DNA of 64,000 nt from Basidiobolus meristosporus CBS 931.73 (lineage: Eukaryota > Fungi > Basidiobolomycota), in contig MCFE01000122.1 of assembly GCA_002104905.1 (NCBI GenBank), forward strand, positions 1 to 64,000, written 5' to 3'. Positions 41,001 through 53,960 of this stretch are shown here, piece after piece. The notes below the pieces were generated by a model that did not search any database, was not told the origin of the DNA, and saw only the letters and a program-made list of their open reading frames with translations. Both the position numbers and the translations under genes were made by a program. Numbering within the stretch: the stretch's first letter is position 1; the number at the start of each line of letters is the position of its first letter.

Positions 41001-41589
41001 GGCGCTTGTACTGAAATCTGCATGTCATCTTGAACTCGTCGTTCTCCTCCTCCAGGGTGAACAGATTGGTCAACCCATGGTTTCCTCCTGAAAGCAGGGT
41101 TTTGTCTAGCCAGGAAAGCGAGTATATGGGCGAGGGGGTTGTGAAGCCGCTTAAAACCTAGCGTCCGCTGTTTAACATGGATATTGGCATGATGCTGGCT
41201 CGGATTGGCCCACACATACCCTAAACTCGGATTGCTCCTCTGAGAAGCCGTGCTCGACCAAGACCAAGTTATTCTCACCTGAGCTGTTCCCCACGGCGAT
41301 TAACGGCCGACTCTATCTCGACAAGTGCGCTTGAGTTAGGTATTCCTGGGTGGCTTTAGAGGTGGGCGGGATTACCTTGCATTCGGTTAGACAGGTTGCT
41401 CTTGGCTCCCCAGGTACCCGTCCCAGGGATACCTTGATGTGCCTACACGACGGTTAGAGGCTTGACGCCGATACATCCATTGTTGGAGGTTCCCTACCTA
41501 CGCCCTACTTTGTCCACTGAATTTCTCCAAGCATCATAGCCGGAAGGAATGGGAATGTAGCGTTGTCGCGGGTCATCTAACACTGGCAT
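38072..41589 (-). CDS. WD40-repeat protein with helical C-terminal region, many exons
   Basis: WD repeats: DASWAPS...LAVGSADKSVSLLDMR, GDDHTVKLWDIR...IDAHFNHVESV, IATGSSDRNWRLW. The C-terminal exons end ...FVQEFLQDLQKYL*. Confidence 0.75.
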
Positions 41590-41937
41590 ATCTATTAAAA
41601 CAGACTAGTCTATGGGTTGTTCACTTTTCTTTTGAAAGGCGGCCAAAAATTTCCCGCCAGAAATACGAGCAGATATGCTACTTGGATACAGTTATTCTGG
41701 AAGGCACTTTCACTTTATTGGGGCCCATGGGGGGGGTTTTCGGAGAATATGTGGCCGTCTAGGAAATATTACTGGTAAAGGGGCCAGGCTCTCCTGAATA
41801 GCAGCGGCAAATGAAGTGATCGTCTGGGTAGACGCACACCGTAATTGGCTTCGGGTCTAAATGATGGTATATGCAGGGTCGTGGACGGTAGGCGCGAAGG
41901 CACATACGCTCCATTGGAGCGGGGATACACCAGAAAT

Positions 41938-43222
41938 CTAGAGGCTCATGATTTGAATAACCAAACCTGGCCCATCCCATTAGTCCGACTGTACTCGAAT
42001 GGACAAAGTGGAGTGGAGGTCACTTACTTTTGATCGTCTCCGAGTTCGCCACTCCCCACATCTTACACCACTGGAAAGAAGAATTAGAAAACAAATTACT
42101 GCTGGTCACTCGTAAAATCTTCGCACCTCGTGAAAAGGCTGTGGATTCGTGGCGTTCAAGGACCGAATGGCCAAATGCACACAGGCAAGGGCTATATGGA
42201 TGGGAGGACTGGAGAGCATGATGCTCCGACTCCGTAAACTAGCGTCAAGTAAGAAAATCATCACTCATTATTCTCAAGGTGGGGGGGGATTCAATATGCC
42301 GATCATTACCAGTCATGAGCGAAAGCCCAAGCTAACTGAAAGATTGCCTGGATCGTCGGATGGGAGTCTATAAACTAACGGTGAGGGATGGCTCGAATCA
42401 TGCCTACTAGCTCAGGACACCAACCGTTGTGCAGCAATCGGTCCACGTCGTTCTCAATCTCTACATCTTTCCAATAGCACATCCCCTTGAGGATTTTGTT
42501 GATCCAGGGATATGGTAACTCCACGTCCATCTCAAATCTCAATATCCGAAGGACTATCAATTCTGAAGACGACAGCGAATCCTTCATCTGCCAGTATTCC
42601 TATTTACTGGGTGAGTATGGTGATTCCTACGTGCCCGGTCAAGGTCGAACAACTTCTCACCTCGTTGATACGTAGAGGGGGCTCCGTTGGATGCAATATG
42701 CTGGCAACGCAAAAATGAGCTTGGGTAATAGCGCGAAGCCCCTTCCCTCCGACACACTTACCGATAGCCCACGTTGATGATGTCGCGCACCTTGCGAGAA
42801 ACCTCCGTCGTTTTGCAGGCCAGGTTGATACAAGAGGTCAACAGTAACTAACAAAGCAAACCGACCAGCAAGGGGGCGTTATTGGATTGGTTTCGATTGG
42901 CTCAGAAAAATAAACGCATCGTTTACATAGTCCTCTAGCTCATGGCTGCTCTCTTCACCCTTCTCTTGTCGCTCTTTTTGCTGCAATAATAGTCGCTCCT
43001 GAGAGGTCTGCACTCGATAAAACAACACCACCGCGGTGGCGACAGTTGGCTGCGGGCTTACGAAGGAAACTCGTTAGAAACGTCCGATCTTAGAAGCAGT
43101 CAATGAAGCCCACTTTCTTACAGCTTGAGCTTCTCCCCTGCGAGGAGGATATACTGGTAGGGGGTGATTGCCAAAGTGGATGGCTGCGAAGCATCGTCAG
43201 CTGGGCCCTTTTGTTCGGCCAT
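41938..43222 (-). CDS. Transcriptional-type cyclin (cyclin L/Q-like), multi-exon
   Basis: Cyclin box: YILLAGEKLKLPQPTVATAVVLFYR...SCINLACKTTEVSRKVRDIINV...SSELIVLRILRFEMDVELPY...AWAFAHD. Confidence 0.8.
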
Positions 43223-43363
43223 GGTTGATGGAAATCAAGCAAATCCAAGCAAATCCAAGCGGATCCAATACTCAAATATCAAAGTTTTGGGACGACGAGC
43301 CAGCCAAATAATGGATCTGATTGATTCTAATCGAGGCATTTCTTTATTAACATCATCCTTCCC

Positions 43364-46300
43364 CTAGGATTTCTTGGTTGCTTCTTTGGACACCAATATC
43401 TTAATCAATAAGCGTAGCCACCATTCCTGCTCCTCGGAGAGCGCGGCGTTGGGCTCATAGATTCGCCTGGCAAGAATCAGGTCCAATTGATGTTGGATCC
43501 ATTTAAATATGACGGCAGTGCGAGCAAAGCATTTGAAATGAATCCAGCTACTAACGGACAATAGCTGGATGTCGTGCTGATATGAGCGGGGAAATCATTA
43601 GTGCTGGCTTCCAATGGAAGTTGGGTCAGTGACAGAGGGTTACCTTGATATCTAGCTTGTCCCCGAAGAGAACCACCGCGTATTGATCTACAGCACTCGT
43701 CTCCCAAACGAATACCTTACTGGACTTCATCAGGGTGTGGTACACAAACCAGTTACTAGAGTAGACGGGCTCAGAGCCACGAGGGCGGTAATTGATAGAG
43801 GAGGGGTGGATAAACACCGAATCCTCATTAGGCCCAGTCGTATATTGACGTGTATCCGTGTGGTAACGCACAATATTGGGGTATAAGCCAGCAGTGATCA
43901 CGGCAGTAATCACCGACACGTAGCCTGAATAAACATTGAGGCTGGCCGGGACTTGACAGAGCTCGATTCGTTTACTGTATCCACTTCTGTAGGAGATCTT
44001 AGTCCAAGCGCACGTGATGTGTAATGTAAACTACCAAGCACTCACCGAGCTAGGCTCTGGGTATGGCTTTCGTCCAGTTGAACGAAGCCGATAGATACGA
44101 GTAATCGGAGGAATTGATTCTTCATCTCTTCAATCATGCATAGCGTTTGATGGTTAAGGAAATATTTGTTGCAGAACGATATGATTGTCCCGGGTTTGTT
44201 CGTGAAGGCGTTCTTCCACGCGCAGTAGGCGTTATAAACGGTCATGAAATCCGAGTCATCTGAAAGAGGGGGTCAGAAATCTCCTGGAAATAGACTCGCT
44301 CGGACGAAAAGAAACTTACCGCTTTTGAAGGATTCTCTCGCAGCATCAGCCTCAGCTGCTTTATCGAAAGGCCTGTTGAACGGGCTTTTGAAACTCAAAG
44401 AAGCGGCTATGGTGAGGATAGGGTCCAGACACTTGAATATAGCCCCATACAGCATCATTTTACCAATATGAACGCTGACTGGCAAATGCGAGAGATGAAT
44501 CCCGAGCGTGGTGAGTTCATTACTCTCGGGTAGCAAGGCGCCAACCTTGATTGAAAAGGGACTTGTTAGGAAGCCATGATAGTTTCCTCGCTAAGCATGT
44601 TCTACTTGCCTCCTCTAAAACGCTGACGGCATTCAGGATGGCGACTTTGGAGGGCGGATCAATTGCCATTTGGAGGAATTCAACAATATCGCCAAATTCG
44701 TAGATTTTGACTCTCAAACACAGCTCTTCAAGTGGCAACCGCATAATTTCAGGGGCCTGGTAATCAGACATCTAGTGGCATTTTGTTAGTATGCTGGGCA
44801 TGTCCGTTCACAATCGATGAAGAGTTACCTTGCTCTCAAAACGATTCTTAGTGAAGAGGTGGTAGCACAAGCCCTCCTGGACTCTTCCAGCACGACCTCG
44901 TCTCTGGCGGGCGTTAGCCTTGGCTACAAATTCTTCTTGTAGACTGGTGATTCTACGCTTTTCGTCGAACCTTGTGGTAACAAATTGTCAAAACCAATCC
45001 GTAAAACGGCCATGACAACTACCTACTTGATGGCTTTCACTTTTCCGGTATCAATTACGATGGTGACATCAGGAATGGTGATACCTACAAGTAGCGTTAG
45101 TATACTCCTGTTTGGGGGGATTTCGGCTCTCAACTCACCAGTTTCAGCAATGTTTGTGGATATCACAATCTTTCGAATGCCTTGGGAGGGTACGTCAAAG
45201 ACGGCTTGCTGATTTTCGGACGAGATCGTGGAATGCAAAGGCCAGATGATGAACTTCGAAGAATCCGAGAATCTATGGTCAGCCATCAGCTGATCATAAA
45301 GTTTTCGAATTTCGGGCATTCCTGGAAGAAAGATAAGAATGGCCCCATTCGGCACCTCAGTCGGCTCGCTCTCAAAGCAAATCCGGCTCAATAGTAGAAG
45401 AATCAGCTCATAGTTGATTTTGTAGGGATCCATGCGTCGGAGGACACTCTTGGTGGTGGCAGAGTAGGTGGCGCCCTCCTCCTCATCTAAATCCTCGTTT
45501 TCAACCGTATCTCCAAACTCTTCTTCCCATTGCAATCGGATGGTCTGCTGCGATCCATGCTTCCCAGCGACGGTGATCGTACCCTCATCTACTATAGTGT
45601 TAGAAAGAATATCCAGGTATGACTCTAGCATAATACCAACCATGGCGTATTTTTTGAATCCTGCGAGCGTATTCTGATTCTTCCTCTAGCATGTATGCTG
45701 CGATCGATGTTAGAAAATAAGTGATTGAGCGGGAGGTTAGTACATACCAGTTTCTTCGATCGCATCCTCTAGAAATTTAACTTCGACTGGGAATGTTCTT
45801 CCAGGCACCTCAATGACCGGACAGTTGTTGAAATACTGGGAGAATCGAGGAGTGTTCATTGTGGCACTCATCAAGATAACTCTAGAGACGAGAAGCACAT
45901 TAGCAAGGCCCATGATGAACTAGAGTCTCCTTTGCTCACTTCAAATCCGGCCGAACACTCAGCAACTTTTTCAAAACTATAAGTAGGAAATCGGCTTCGA
46001 GCGTGCGCTCTTGAACCTCATCAATGACAATGTGAGAAACTCCATCCAAATTCCGGTCACTTTCTAGTCGTCGAAGCAAGATCCCGGTTGTACAGAAAAC
46101 GAGGAGATTGGCTTCGGAAACCTTGGACCCAAGTCGGATCTGATACCCTACATAGCCGTCCTTAGTCCCCAGCGAGCTCTTACCATCCCCTAATTCGTAT
46201 GAAACCCTCTGGGCAATAGAAATGGCAGAAATACGTCGGGGCTGTGTGCAGAATACTTTGCACCTGTCGCCCCTACCCGAAGCAACCAAGTCCTCAATGA

Positions 46301-48227
46301 TGAATTGAGGCACTTGAGTACTCTTGCCACAGCCAGTATCTCCACTGATGATAACAACTTGATTTTTCTCGATTAGTTCTAGAATCTCTCGACGATAGGC
46401 ATGCACCGGAAGCAGCTTGCGGGTTTCCAGGACATTTTGGTAGGATTTCTTGGATATCCGAGATTCGTAATTGGTTTGCAGGTGCTTCGCTGATCGAGCC
46501 TTTTCGCCATAAGCCGAATCTCTGCTTGTGGTCTTTCTGGACCGACTGGGGATTAAATGCTGAGGCAGTGGTGCGCTTGGTATGGCTAGGATTTCGTCCG
46601 CCAAATCTTGCAAGAATTCCAGGCGGGTTCTGTTGACTTCTTCATTGAGGTTTTTGCTCTCCGCTTCTTTCTTTTCGTCCCATTCCGCCCATATCTTCTT
46701 GAATGGAGGAGGGAGCACACGATATAATGGCAATTCGCTGAGTTGATAGAGAGCACAAGTGGCAACATAGTTCTCTGCCCCTTTGAATGTAGTGCAGCTT
46801 ACATCAGTCATCTGGAATTTGCGGGAGGTGCCGTTATGATATTTGATATCGACCCCGGCTTGATTTCCGTTCGGAGCGTTTTTGATACGGTGGAATGTTA
46901 TTTGGGATCGTTTGTCCTCCTTTCGACACATCTCAGTAAGCAAATCCTTGGGGGATTTGCCACTCCAGTTTGTATAGCCGACATCTAAGGTTGTGACGCT
47001 GGAGGTAGCTCCACTCACCTCAGGCGAACTACTCGGCTCTTCATCTCCATTGTCATCAAACAAGTCAAACATCTCATCGTTTTCCTCATCCTCCTCCACG
47101 TTTGACTCCGCCTTCTCATGGATTTTAGGTGGTGCCGCCTTTACCTTTTCTTTCATTTCATCCCACATCTTCTGCTGGGCTATCGAAAACGCTTGCTGGG
47201 CCTTCTTTTCGTCGAAGAAATAATCGCTTTGTAGCTCGTCCATATTGTCTTTCAACTTTCGAATAGTTTGGTTGATCGCCGCCTCTTCCTGTCTGTCTCT
47301 TGCTTTTTTGGCTTTCGCCAAGAGTTGTTGCTGATTGAGGAGTTCTACCTTAAGATTGGCATACCTTTGATGAATGTCCTCCTCTTCATCTTCAGAGCTA
47401 TCAATGTAGGCTGCATTAAGGATTCTTGATTTGAGGTCAGAATCGACCTTACTGCTAGCAGGCTTGACGTCCGTAACGTGCACACTATCTTCTCCTTCAG
47501 GCTCATCCTCTGGACTTGAGTCCTCCCAAGAGTTTCTCAACGTATCCTCAGATGGTGCAACTCTCGTTTCTTTTTTATGCTCGCTTGTCGCAGTAGCGAC
47601 AACACTCACTTTGAAATCTTCTTCGAAATGTGCTTTATCTCTAAACTTGAAAGGAAGATCCTCAAATTTCAAATGCAAACATAACCAATCCATAACTTTC
47701 GATAATTCGGTGGCCCTGGATTTTTTCATTCCTTCCTGTACGACCTCCTCCTTGAAGCCTAACTCCAGTAAAGTCAGGTAGATAAAGTTGAGATTCGACA
47801 GCACCTCCTCCTTGGACTGGACTCCATTTCTGGAGGAGGTCAATTGCTCCCAGGCATTTTTCTCGGTTGATTCCTTTATCGCCTTCACAGCCTCGTGCTC
47901 GATCTCCGAAGAAAGCTGGAGGATGGGCGGTGATAAGATCTTGCTTTTTTCCAGAACCCGAGCTTTGACGAAGGTATCCACCTTAAACTTGCTGAGATCC
48001 GCAAGCTTCTTTGCCAATAGGTTTATCTCGTTGTCAACCTTATTCTGTTTGTCCTCAACCAATGGAGTTTGGCTTTGGTTGGTTGGCTCCGCCTTTGGTG
48101 GTGTGGAAGGAACGATCTCGGCGGCAACTGGTTTAACCTCAGTTTCCTCCTCCTTAACAGCCTTGGCTACGCTTGTAGTAGCGTAGCCTCGATTTACAGG
48201 CTTGAGCTTGGATTTCTTCTTCGCCAT
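43364..48227 (-). CDS. DEAH-box RNA helicase, DHX29/DHX57 (Ucp12/YLR419W-like) family
   Basis: [75 protein letters not shown]2 and OB-fold (FIHPSSIN) segments, plus a UBA-like and dsRBD-like N-terminus. Confidence 0.9.
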
Positions 48228-48965
48228 TTAGCGCTAGGTACAAAGGTGAATTGTAGATAACCAGCCATTACAGCATAATCATATGATAACACTAAATAAA
48301 TCTCATCATCATATTGCTAACCTATTGCTATTCTATTGCTAACCATACATTTAGATAAATAAATATCTGATTAACATGAGGGCCAAACCAAGAATGTATG
48401 CTCATCAAATTAGCCAATCTCTGCTACGAGGCCACATAAAATATGCTCACGACTCCAGGAGTATGAACAGGGAGTAGCGAAGGGAGCAACAGAATTGCCT
48501 ACAGCAGTAGTTGGGAATTGAAGAGATTGTTCATAGCATGATCGACACCCCTGGGTAATTATAAGACTTACTATTAATAGCTTGAATAATGGATCAACAA
48601 CAGCAACAATTACTTGGGATAGGTTTCATGTGGATTTTCGGAGCTTAAATCGGTCGAAACAAATCTCTCATTAGTAAGAGAAGCTGGTTGAAACCAGAGC
48701 CCGGAACTGGAAACCAGGTATAAAGCTTTCCAGAGCCCGTCACCATTCAGTTTCGCGAATGATGCATTAGCATCTCTATCCACATTACTTTCCCTCACTC
48801 CAGCTTTCTACTCGTTGGCACTGCATTCCCATCTACACCAATCAATTAACATTGCCCCTGGCAGATTGCCCTAACCTCTTGCATCGTTCCGCTTACACCC
48901 ACACTCCTTTGATAAAAACTAACCGGCCACCTTGGTCGTGAAAGGTTCCCTCTCAATCTCACCAA

Positions 48966-49703
48966 ATGGCCAAGTACGATGGCTCACAGCGTCCTTCCCA
49001 TCTAAAACGACCTCAGCTACCCTACGGCTATCCAGAAAGGAGGAATGGGTCGAATTTCAATCCAAAAGATCCTTCGCTGGCTCCCACTTTCTCCAGCTCC
49101 ACTAGTTCCTTGTTAACCACGTATCACCCAACACTCAACCCAAAGATGCTGGAGTCGGTGACTCAGATGGAGCCCGCGTACGGACCAGGGTCGTATGAGT
49201 ACGAACTGGCGGCCGACTATATTCGCAGCTCCACCAAAACTAGGATACCAACCCTATGGGGAACCGACATCCCGAACGCCACCGTAAATTCCCTTAAATC
49301 CGTCTATCCAACGCAACCCAACTCTCTAGGCAAGCAATCGATCATAATCACCAATCCAGACAACACGTACCGCTCACGATCCACCACGTTTATCCCATAC
49401 ATCGTGAACCATGACGAGTCGCATTATTACTGGGGGAAGGATGCCAACGAGAACGATGAGACTGCACTGATATACAAAGAAGAGACGGATATCCCTAAAG
49501 GGGCCTTGCTCTTTCTGTTTGGATTTCTAATGTTTCCGTTCTGGTGGGTTGGTGCGGTCTACCCTCGAAACCCCCGGACGAAGCTCCAGCAGAGATGGAG
49601 GATATACAACCGTATGGCCTCGGTCTGCTCTCTTCCTCTAATGGGCTTCATCGTAGGCCTGCTGGTATGGAATATTGACAAATATCGAAGACCCGCATAC
49701 TGA
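48966..49703 (+). CDS. Uncharacterised protein with two C-terminal transmembrane helices
   Basis: 245-aa intronless ORF with LLFLFGFLMFPFWWVGA...RWRIYNRMASVCSLPLMGFIVGLLVW and a low-complexity N-terminus. Confidence 0.7.
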   Translation: MAKYDGSQRPSHLKRPQLPYGYPERRNGSNFNPKDPSLAPTFSSSTSSLLTTYHPTLNPKMLESVTQMEPAYGPGSYEYELAADYIRSSTKTRIPTLWGTDIPNATVNSLKSVYPTQPNSLGKQSIIITNPDNTYRSRSTTFIPYIVNHDESHYYWGKDANENDETALIYKEETDIPKGALLFLFGFLMFPFWWVGAVYPRNPRTKLQQRWRIYNRMASVCSLPLMGFIVGLLVWNIDKYRRPAY

Positions 49704-49760
49704 GCAGCCATCCACAAAATTCATGTATATTGATTCATTCGCCAAAACCAACCTCAAATA

Positions 49761-49838
49761 CACTTGTAATCATGGAATTTACTATGCACTTGCAATCGTG
49801 GAATTTACTATGCACTTGCAATCGTGGAATTTACTATA
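49761..49838. repeat. 26-bp tandem repeat x3 between convergent genes
   Basis: CACTTG(T/C)AATC(A/G)TGGAATTTACTAT(G/A) occurs at 49761, 49787 and 49813. Confidence 0.93.
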
Positions 49839-49871
49839 CACAAATCATATTTATTGGAATTTACATCATAA

Positions 49872-50949
49872 TTACATGGATTCGGAACCGCTGCTGTACT
49901 CATCAAAGTTATAGTATGGTGGCGGTGTACACAGGTCGTCCGAGGAGTCCGAAAGATAAGAGTTGTAATTGGGGGGCGATTGGGACAGTTCCAGCTGGGC
50001 GTCGGATTGAATGACGATTGGGATGTTGCTGTACAAGGTTTTCTGTCTGCGGTAGCAGTCGATCATGCAGATCTGCACGGACAGCTTGTGTGAGACGTTG
50101 ATGAAATTCGTGAGGCAATCGCTACGGGCGATTCTGGGAATAGGGACCTTGATCGTTTCGCTGACATAGCCAGACTCGGTATCAAAGCAATCATGTACAT
50201 TCTCCGAAATCTCCTCCACCCTCGTAGAGGTAGTGAAGCTCCCGCTTGGTCTATACAAGGTGTACTCGTTGAGGGTGGCCTTAACCTTCAATATCCGGAA
50301 TGGATAGTGCCCTGCCTTGGGCCGTAACGTCACGTTCACCGGAATCGTGTCTCCGAAGGTGTATGATGGGCTAGATGCGCACACCGAGTAGTCTAACCGA
50401 TGATTCCAAGTTCCCATAACTGTGCTGCTATTGGAATACTCCTCCATAGAAGGAAGTGGTGTGCGCTGTATGGTGATGTTTCGCTTTGTCTTTATATCTT
50501 TGAACAGCCCGGGTCTCTTCACAACAGCCACTAGTCTGTAGACAATCTTGCCGAAGTTGACCTTCACGGACTCCGGGAGGTCCCCGCTTAGGGGCAACTC
50601 GAAATCAAAGATGTGCTTGCTAGGGTGTAGAGTGTGCGGGTTTCTCTGTGGCTCCAGAAACGTCCATACGTGTTGTGTAACAGTCTTTGACTCTACTAAA
50701 ACATCTTTTGCGAATCGAAGTAAATATCTTGTTTAGAACAAATAGAGCCACCTTTTATGAAGACTTACCTTTCGCTCCTTTGATTTCAAGCTTTCCCTCA
50801 AACTTGAGTGAAAGCGATTTGACCTTGGTCAGCTCGGCTACGTTGAATACTAACGATCCACTGAGCACGGTACCAACTGATTCTTCAGGTGAGCCGTGCA
50901 TCGTTAATACGTCTTCTCGAAGTTGGATATCAAGTAGATTATCGATCAT
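49872..50949 (-). CDS. Alpha-arrestin (arrestin N/C domains with PY motifs), 2 exons
   Basis: LSGSLVFNV...VKSLSLKFEG, HIFDFELPLSGDLPESV...IVYRLVAVVKRP, YTFGDTIPVNV, INVSHKL, and C-terminal PPNY and PPPY. Confidence 0.88.
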
Positions 50950-51275
50950 AATGAGATGGTGGACAGGTAGAGTGTAGAATATGGAGGGTGGAGGGTGTAA
51001 TTCAGAAAATGTTGATTGTTAGGAGGAGACAGTGCATATTTATAACTAGGGAATCATCCCACACTTCTAAAACTTTAACGGAATTAGTATGTCGCACCGT
51101 TCGCCCGAACCTGTTCCGACTTCAATAGCCCTTCAATAACGATATGTTGCATTCTTTGGAAACCCGGTGAAAACTGTGGCTTCTTTGGTGCAATATTTAT
51201 CCAATATGTAAGGTGACACAGAGTCGGTAGAGATCACATTGGTGGTCGGTGGATATTGCGAAGCTCAAAAGAGAA

Positions 51276-52156
51276 TGGATTCGTCACTTCAATGGTATCT
51301 TGGTTGCTTTAGGATTACATATAAGGAACCTGATACGCCCGCCACAATATACGTAGCCATTTCCAATCTCTATTGAGTCTAGTCGCAAATTGATGCCGCT
51401 CTAGAAGACAAGGGGAGTGGTCTGAATGTTTGTTATTGTACACATACGAGTATGGCTGAGGTGTTGCGATGTACTGTGCCATGCTGTGGTGAATAGGCAT
51501 TGGGAAAGAAGAACAGAATGTTGCACATCGGAGGGAAACAGGAACCCGCTGTTCTGGGATATTCATTCCACGGGTTGTGAACATTTATTCCAGATCCAGG
51601 ATCCATTTAATGATGTCAAAAATTTGCATCCGAGATTTTACATCAACAAAGTGATCATACGTGATTACATCGTCAACCGATTATCGCCCCACTCGCCCTC
51701 CATAAGTGATGGACAAAGGCTGCTACATTGTAGAGTAAACGTATCCATATACCTGATGCTAGGCCTATTCGCTGCATCGAAGTCAACTATAAGACCCTGA
51801 TGTCCAAAAATGATTAGTGTTACGTTTGAAAAAATCCGATGAGGTCATTTTGTCGTCAATGACTCCATGCAGCTCAGGCTCCTATAAAATCTTAGAGGAT
51901 GGCAAATGTTCGGTATCCTCACCTTTAAACCTCAATCACCATGAAAATACAGCTTCGTCCCCACAACCACACAATATACAGCCGAGTCGCATACTCCAAA
52001 CACCCATACATACATCAAGGAAAAACCATCTCTAAGGAAGAGGCTGATTACCACGTCGCTATGGTGACGAAATACAAGAAGCTTATACTCTCGATTCTAG
52101 AGACCCCGAAGTTCGCAAAGCACAATGCGTTTGCACGTTTCGTAAAACGATTATGA
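51276..52156 (+). other. Unresolved coding-like region, possibly a degenerate PX-like gene
   Basis: Fragments RFYINKVIIRDYIVNRL and KTISKEEADYHVAMVTKYKKLILSILETPKFAKHNAFARFV resemble the PX C-terminal helices. No clean splice model was found. Confidence 0.25.
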
Positions 52157-52740
52157 AATGAATGGCGCCCCTTTGTAAAATAACGCCCACACTTGTACAA
52201 TAAAATCCATCCAGGTGACTCATTAGACGGGAATCCTCAGCCTATACCTAAACAAGTGATAGTTCAGCCTAATAATAGCCATACCAAAAATATCATATAA
52301 CGTGGTTCGGCGATCCCAATTGAAATAAACGCTAACTATCTCCTACACCAACCATTAGTGGAGCTGAATAATCGAGAATGTACTGTGATGGAATCTAGTC
52401 TCCAGCTAATCGACTAAATCTCACCGCAGATAGATCGATCACTCTTGTTGGGTTTAAACTTTGAGTGATATTGCGTAATTTGTGAAAGCAAATTTCCGAT
52501 TACTAATACAGGAATGGGCGATCCATCTCTGGAAGAACCACCACTCCAAACACCAGTAGAAGTTCTCTTCTTATGCCCAATATGGCTGACACACTGTATT
52601 GTCTCATTGATGAGTAAAATGGCGTGCTTGAAATAAAGTTTTTTCTTGTGTTCGTTGGGAGGGGTATATAAGACAAAGTGGTACCTGATCAACCATCATC
52701 CACCACTCAGTAATTAAATATCATTCACTGATCATTCGGC

Positions 52741-53520
52741 ATGGGTGCAGGTGAAGTAATTTCGCAAATTATCGGCTGGGTCTACTTCCTTGCCTGGACA
52801 GTGAGCTTCTATCCGCAAGCAATTAAGAACCATCGTCGACGCAGCGTCCAAGGCCTGTCCATTGACTTCTTGATGTACAATGTTCTCGGATTCACTTGCA
52901 TGACGATCTACAATAGCAGCTTCTACTGGAACCACTCCATCCAGGAGGAATACCGCCAGCGCAACAACGGACATTCCAACCTCGTGGCAGTCAACGATGT
53001 ATTCTTTGGAATGCACGCTATTGTGATTACCCTTGTAACCATCGTTCAAGTTTTCTTCTACAAGCGGAGCCCAGAGCAGAAGCCTTCTTGGTTTGGCATC
53101 GTAATTGTGGTTGGCTCCATCTTGGGCGCTGTTGGGTATGCCATCTATATTGGTGTCACTGGGTCTTTCTGGATTGATCTTCTGTACTACCTTTCCTACG
53201 TCAAATTGGGAATCAGCTTCATCAAATACTGCCCACAGATTTGGATTAATTATAAATCCAAGTCGACCGTTGGCTGGAGCATTCACAACATTCTGCTTGA
53301 TCTCACTGGTGGAACCCTATCGATTGTCCAGCTTGTCCTTGATGCTTACCTGAGTGATGACTTCAGCGGTATCACCGGAAACCCCCTGAAGTTTGGCTTG
53401 GGATTCATCTCCATTCTGTTCGATCTCATCTTCATTGTGCAGCACTATGTCCTGTACCGTGATCGCACCGATATCTATCAAGTTGAGGAGGGGACGGTGG
53501 AGGTTGACTTCAAGAAATAA
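52741..53520 (+). CDS. CTNS: Cystinosin/Ers1 PQ-loop lysosomal/vacuolar cystine transporter
   Basis: GWVYFLAWTVSFYPQAIKNHRRRSVQGLSIDF and KYCPQIWINYKSKSTVGWSIHNILLDLTGG...GNPLKFGLG; intronless, 259 aa. Confidence 0.95.
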   Translation: MGAGEVISQIIGWVYFLAWTVSFYPQAIKNHRRRSVQGLSIDFLMYNVLGFTCMTIYNSSFYWNHSIQEEYRQRNNGHSNLVAVNDVFFGMHAIVITLVTIVQVFFYKRSPEQKPSWFGIVIVVGSILGAVGYAIYIGVTGSFWIDLLYYLSYVKLGISFIKYCPQIWINYKSKSTVGWSIHNILLDLTGGTLSIVQLVLDAYLSDDFSGITGNPLKFGLGFISILFDLIFIVQHYVLYRDRTDIYQVEEGTVEVDFKK

Positions 53521-53960
53521 CCATCGTCGCCTGTATTATCTGTACTTTATTTTCCCAACTTCATATGCATATACATACATTTCCTAATTAATAAATATTC
53601 CCGCATACCCGATTCTGGAAGGAGTGACCAAACGATGTTTCATCTGTGCCTGTTGGTTGCATCAGTGTGCGTTCTGAGTGTCGAGTGGTGTTACGACCAA
53701 TGCCGAATATTCCGAGAAAAAGGGGCTATGGGACTTGTAGCTCGATCAGTAGGATCAGTACTTGGAACTCAAGGGATCACTTGATAAGAGCGCGATGCTT
53801 GTAATCAATGGCAGTTGTACTTGAAATTAAGTTTATCAATCACGGGCCGTGCCTGGGAAATCATAAATATCTTGGTTTTCCTCGCAACAAATACTCTTCG
53901 TAATTAACCTATTCACCCACCTTTCCTGCTAGTTGGCCCCTCCATATCTCTCTCTCAAGG

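Noticed and set aside
43150-43222. Apparent frameshift at the cyclin 5' end
   Set aside because: The C-run has five bases and the frame from ATG 43222 is continuous to the first donor.
50690-50770. Apparent premature stop in the arrestin gene
   Set aside because: Resolved by the downstream acceptor TTTTAG|TAGAG (or AAAAG|ATG), which is phase-compatible.
52732-53286. 184-aa antisense ORF over cystinosin, and similar shadow ORFs (e.g. 39535-40047, 40630-41091, 47431-48186, 54649-55149, 22741-23073)
   Set aside because: They lie opposite or overlap well-supported genes and carry no motifs; they are explained by codon structure.
52741-53520. Intronless cystinosin as a retrocopy
   Set aside because: No poly(A) remnant or TSD, the ORF is intact, and other genes here are also intron-poor.
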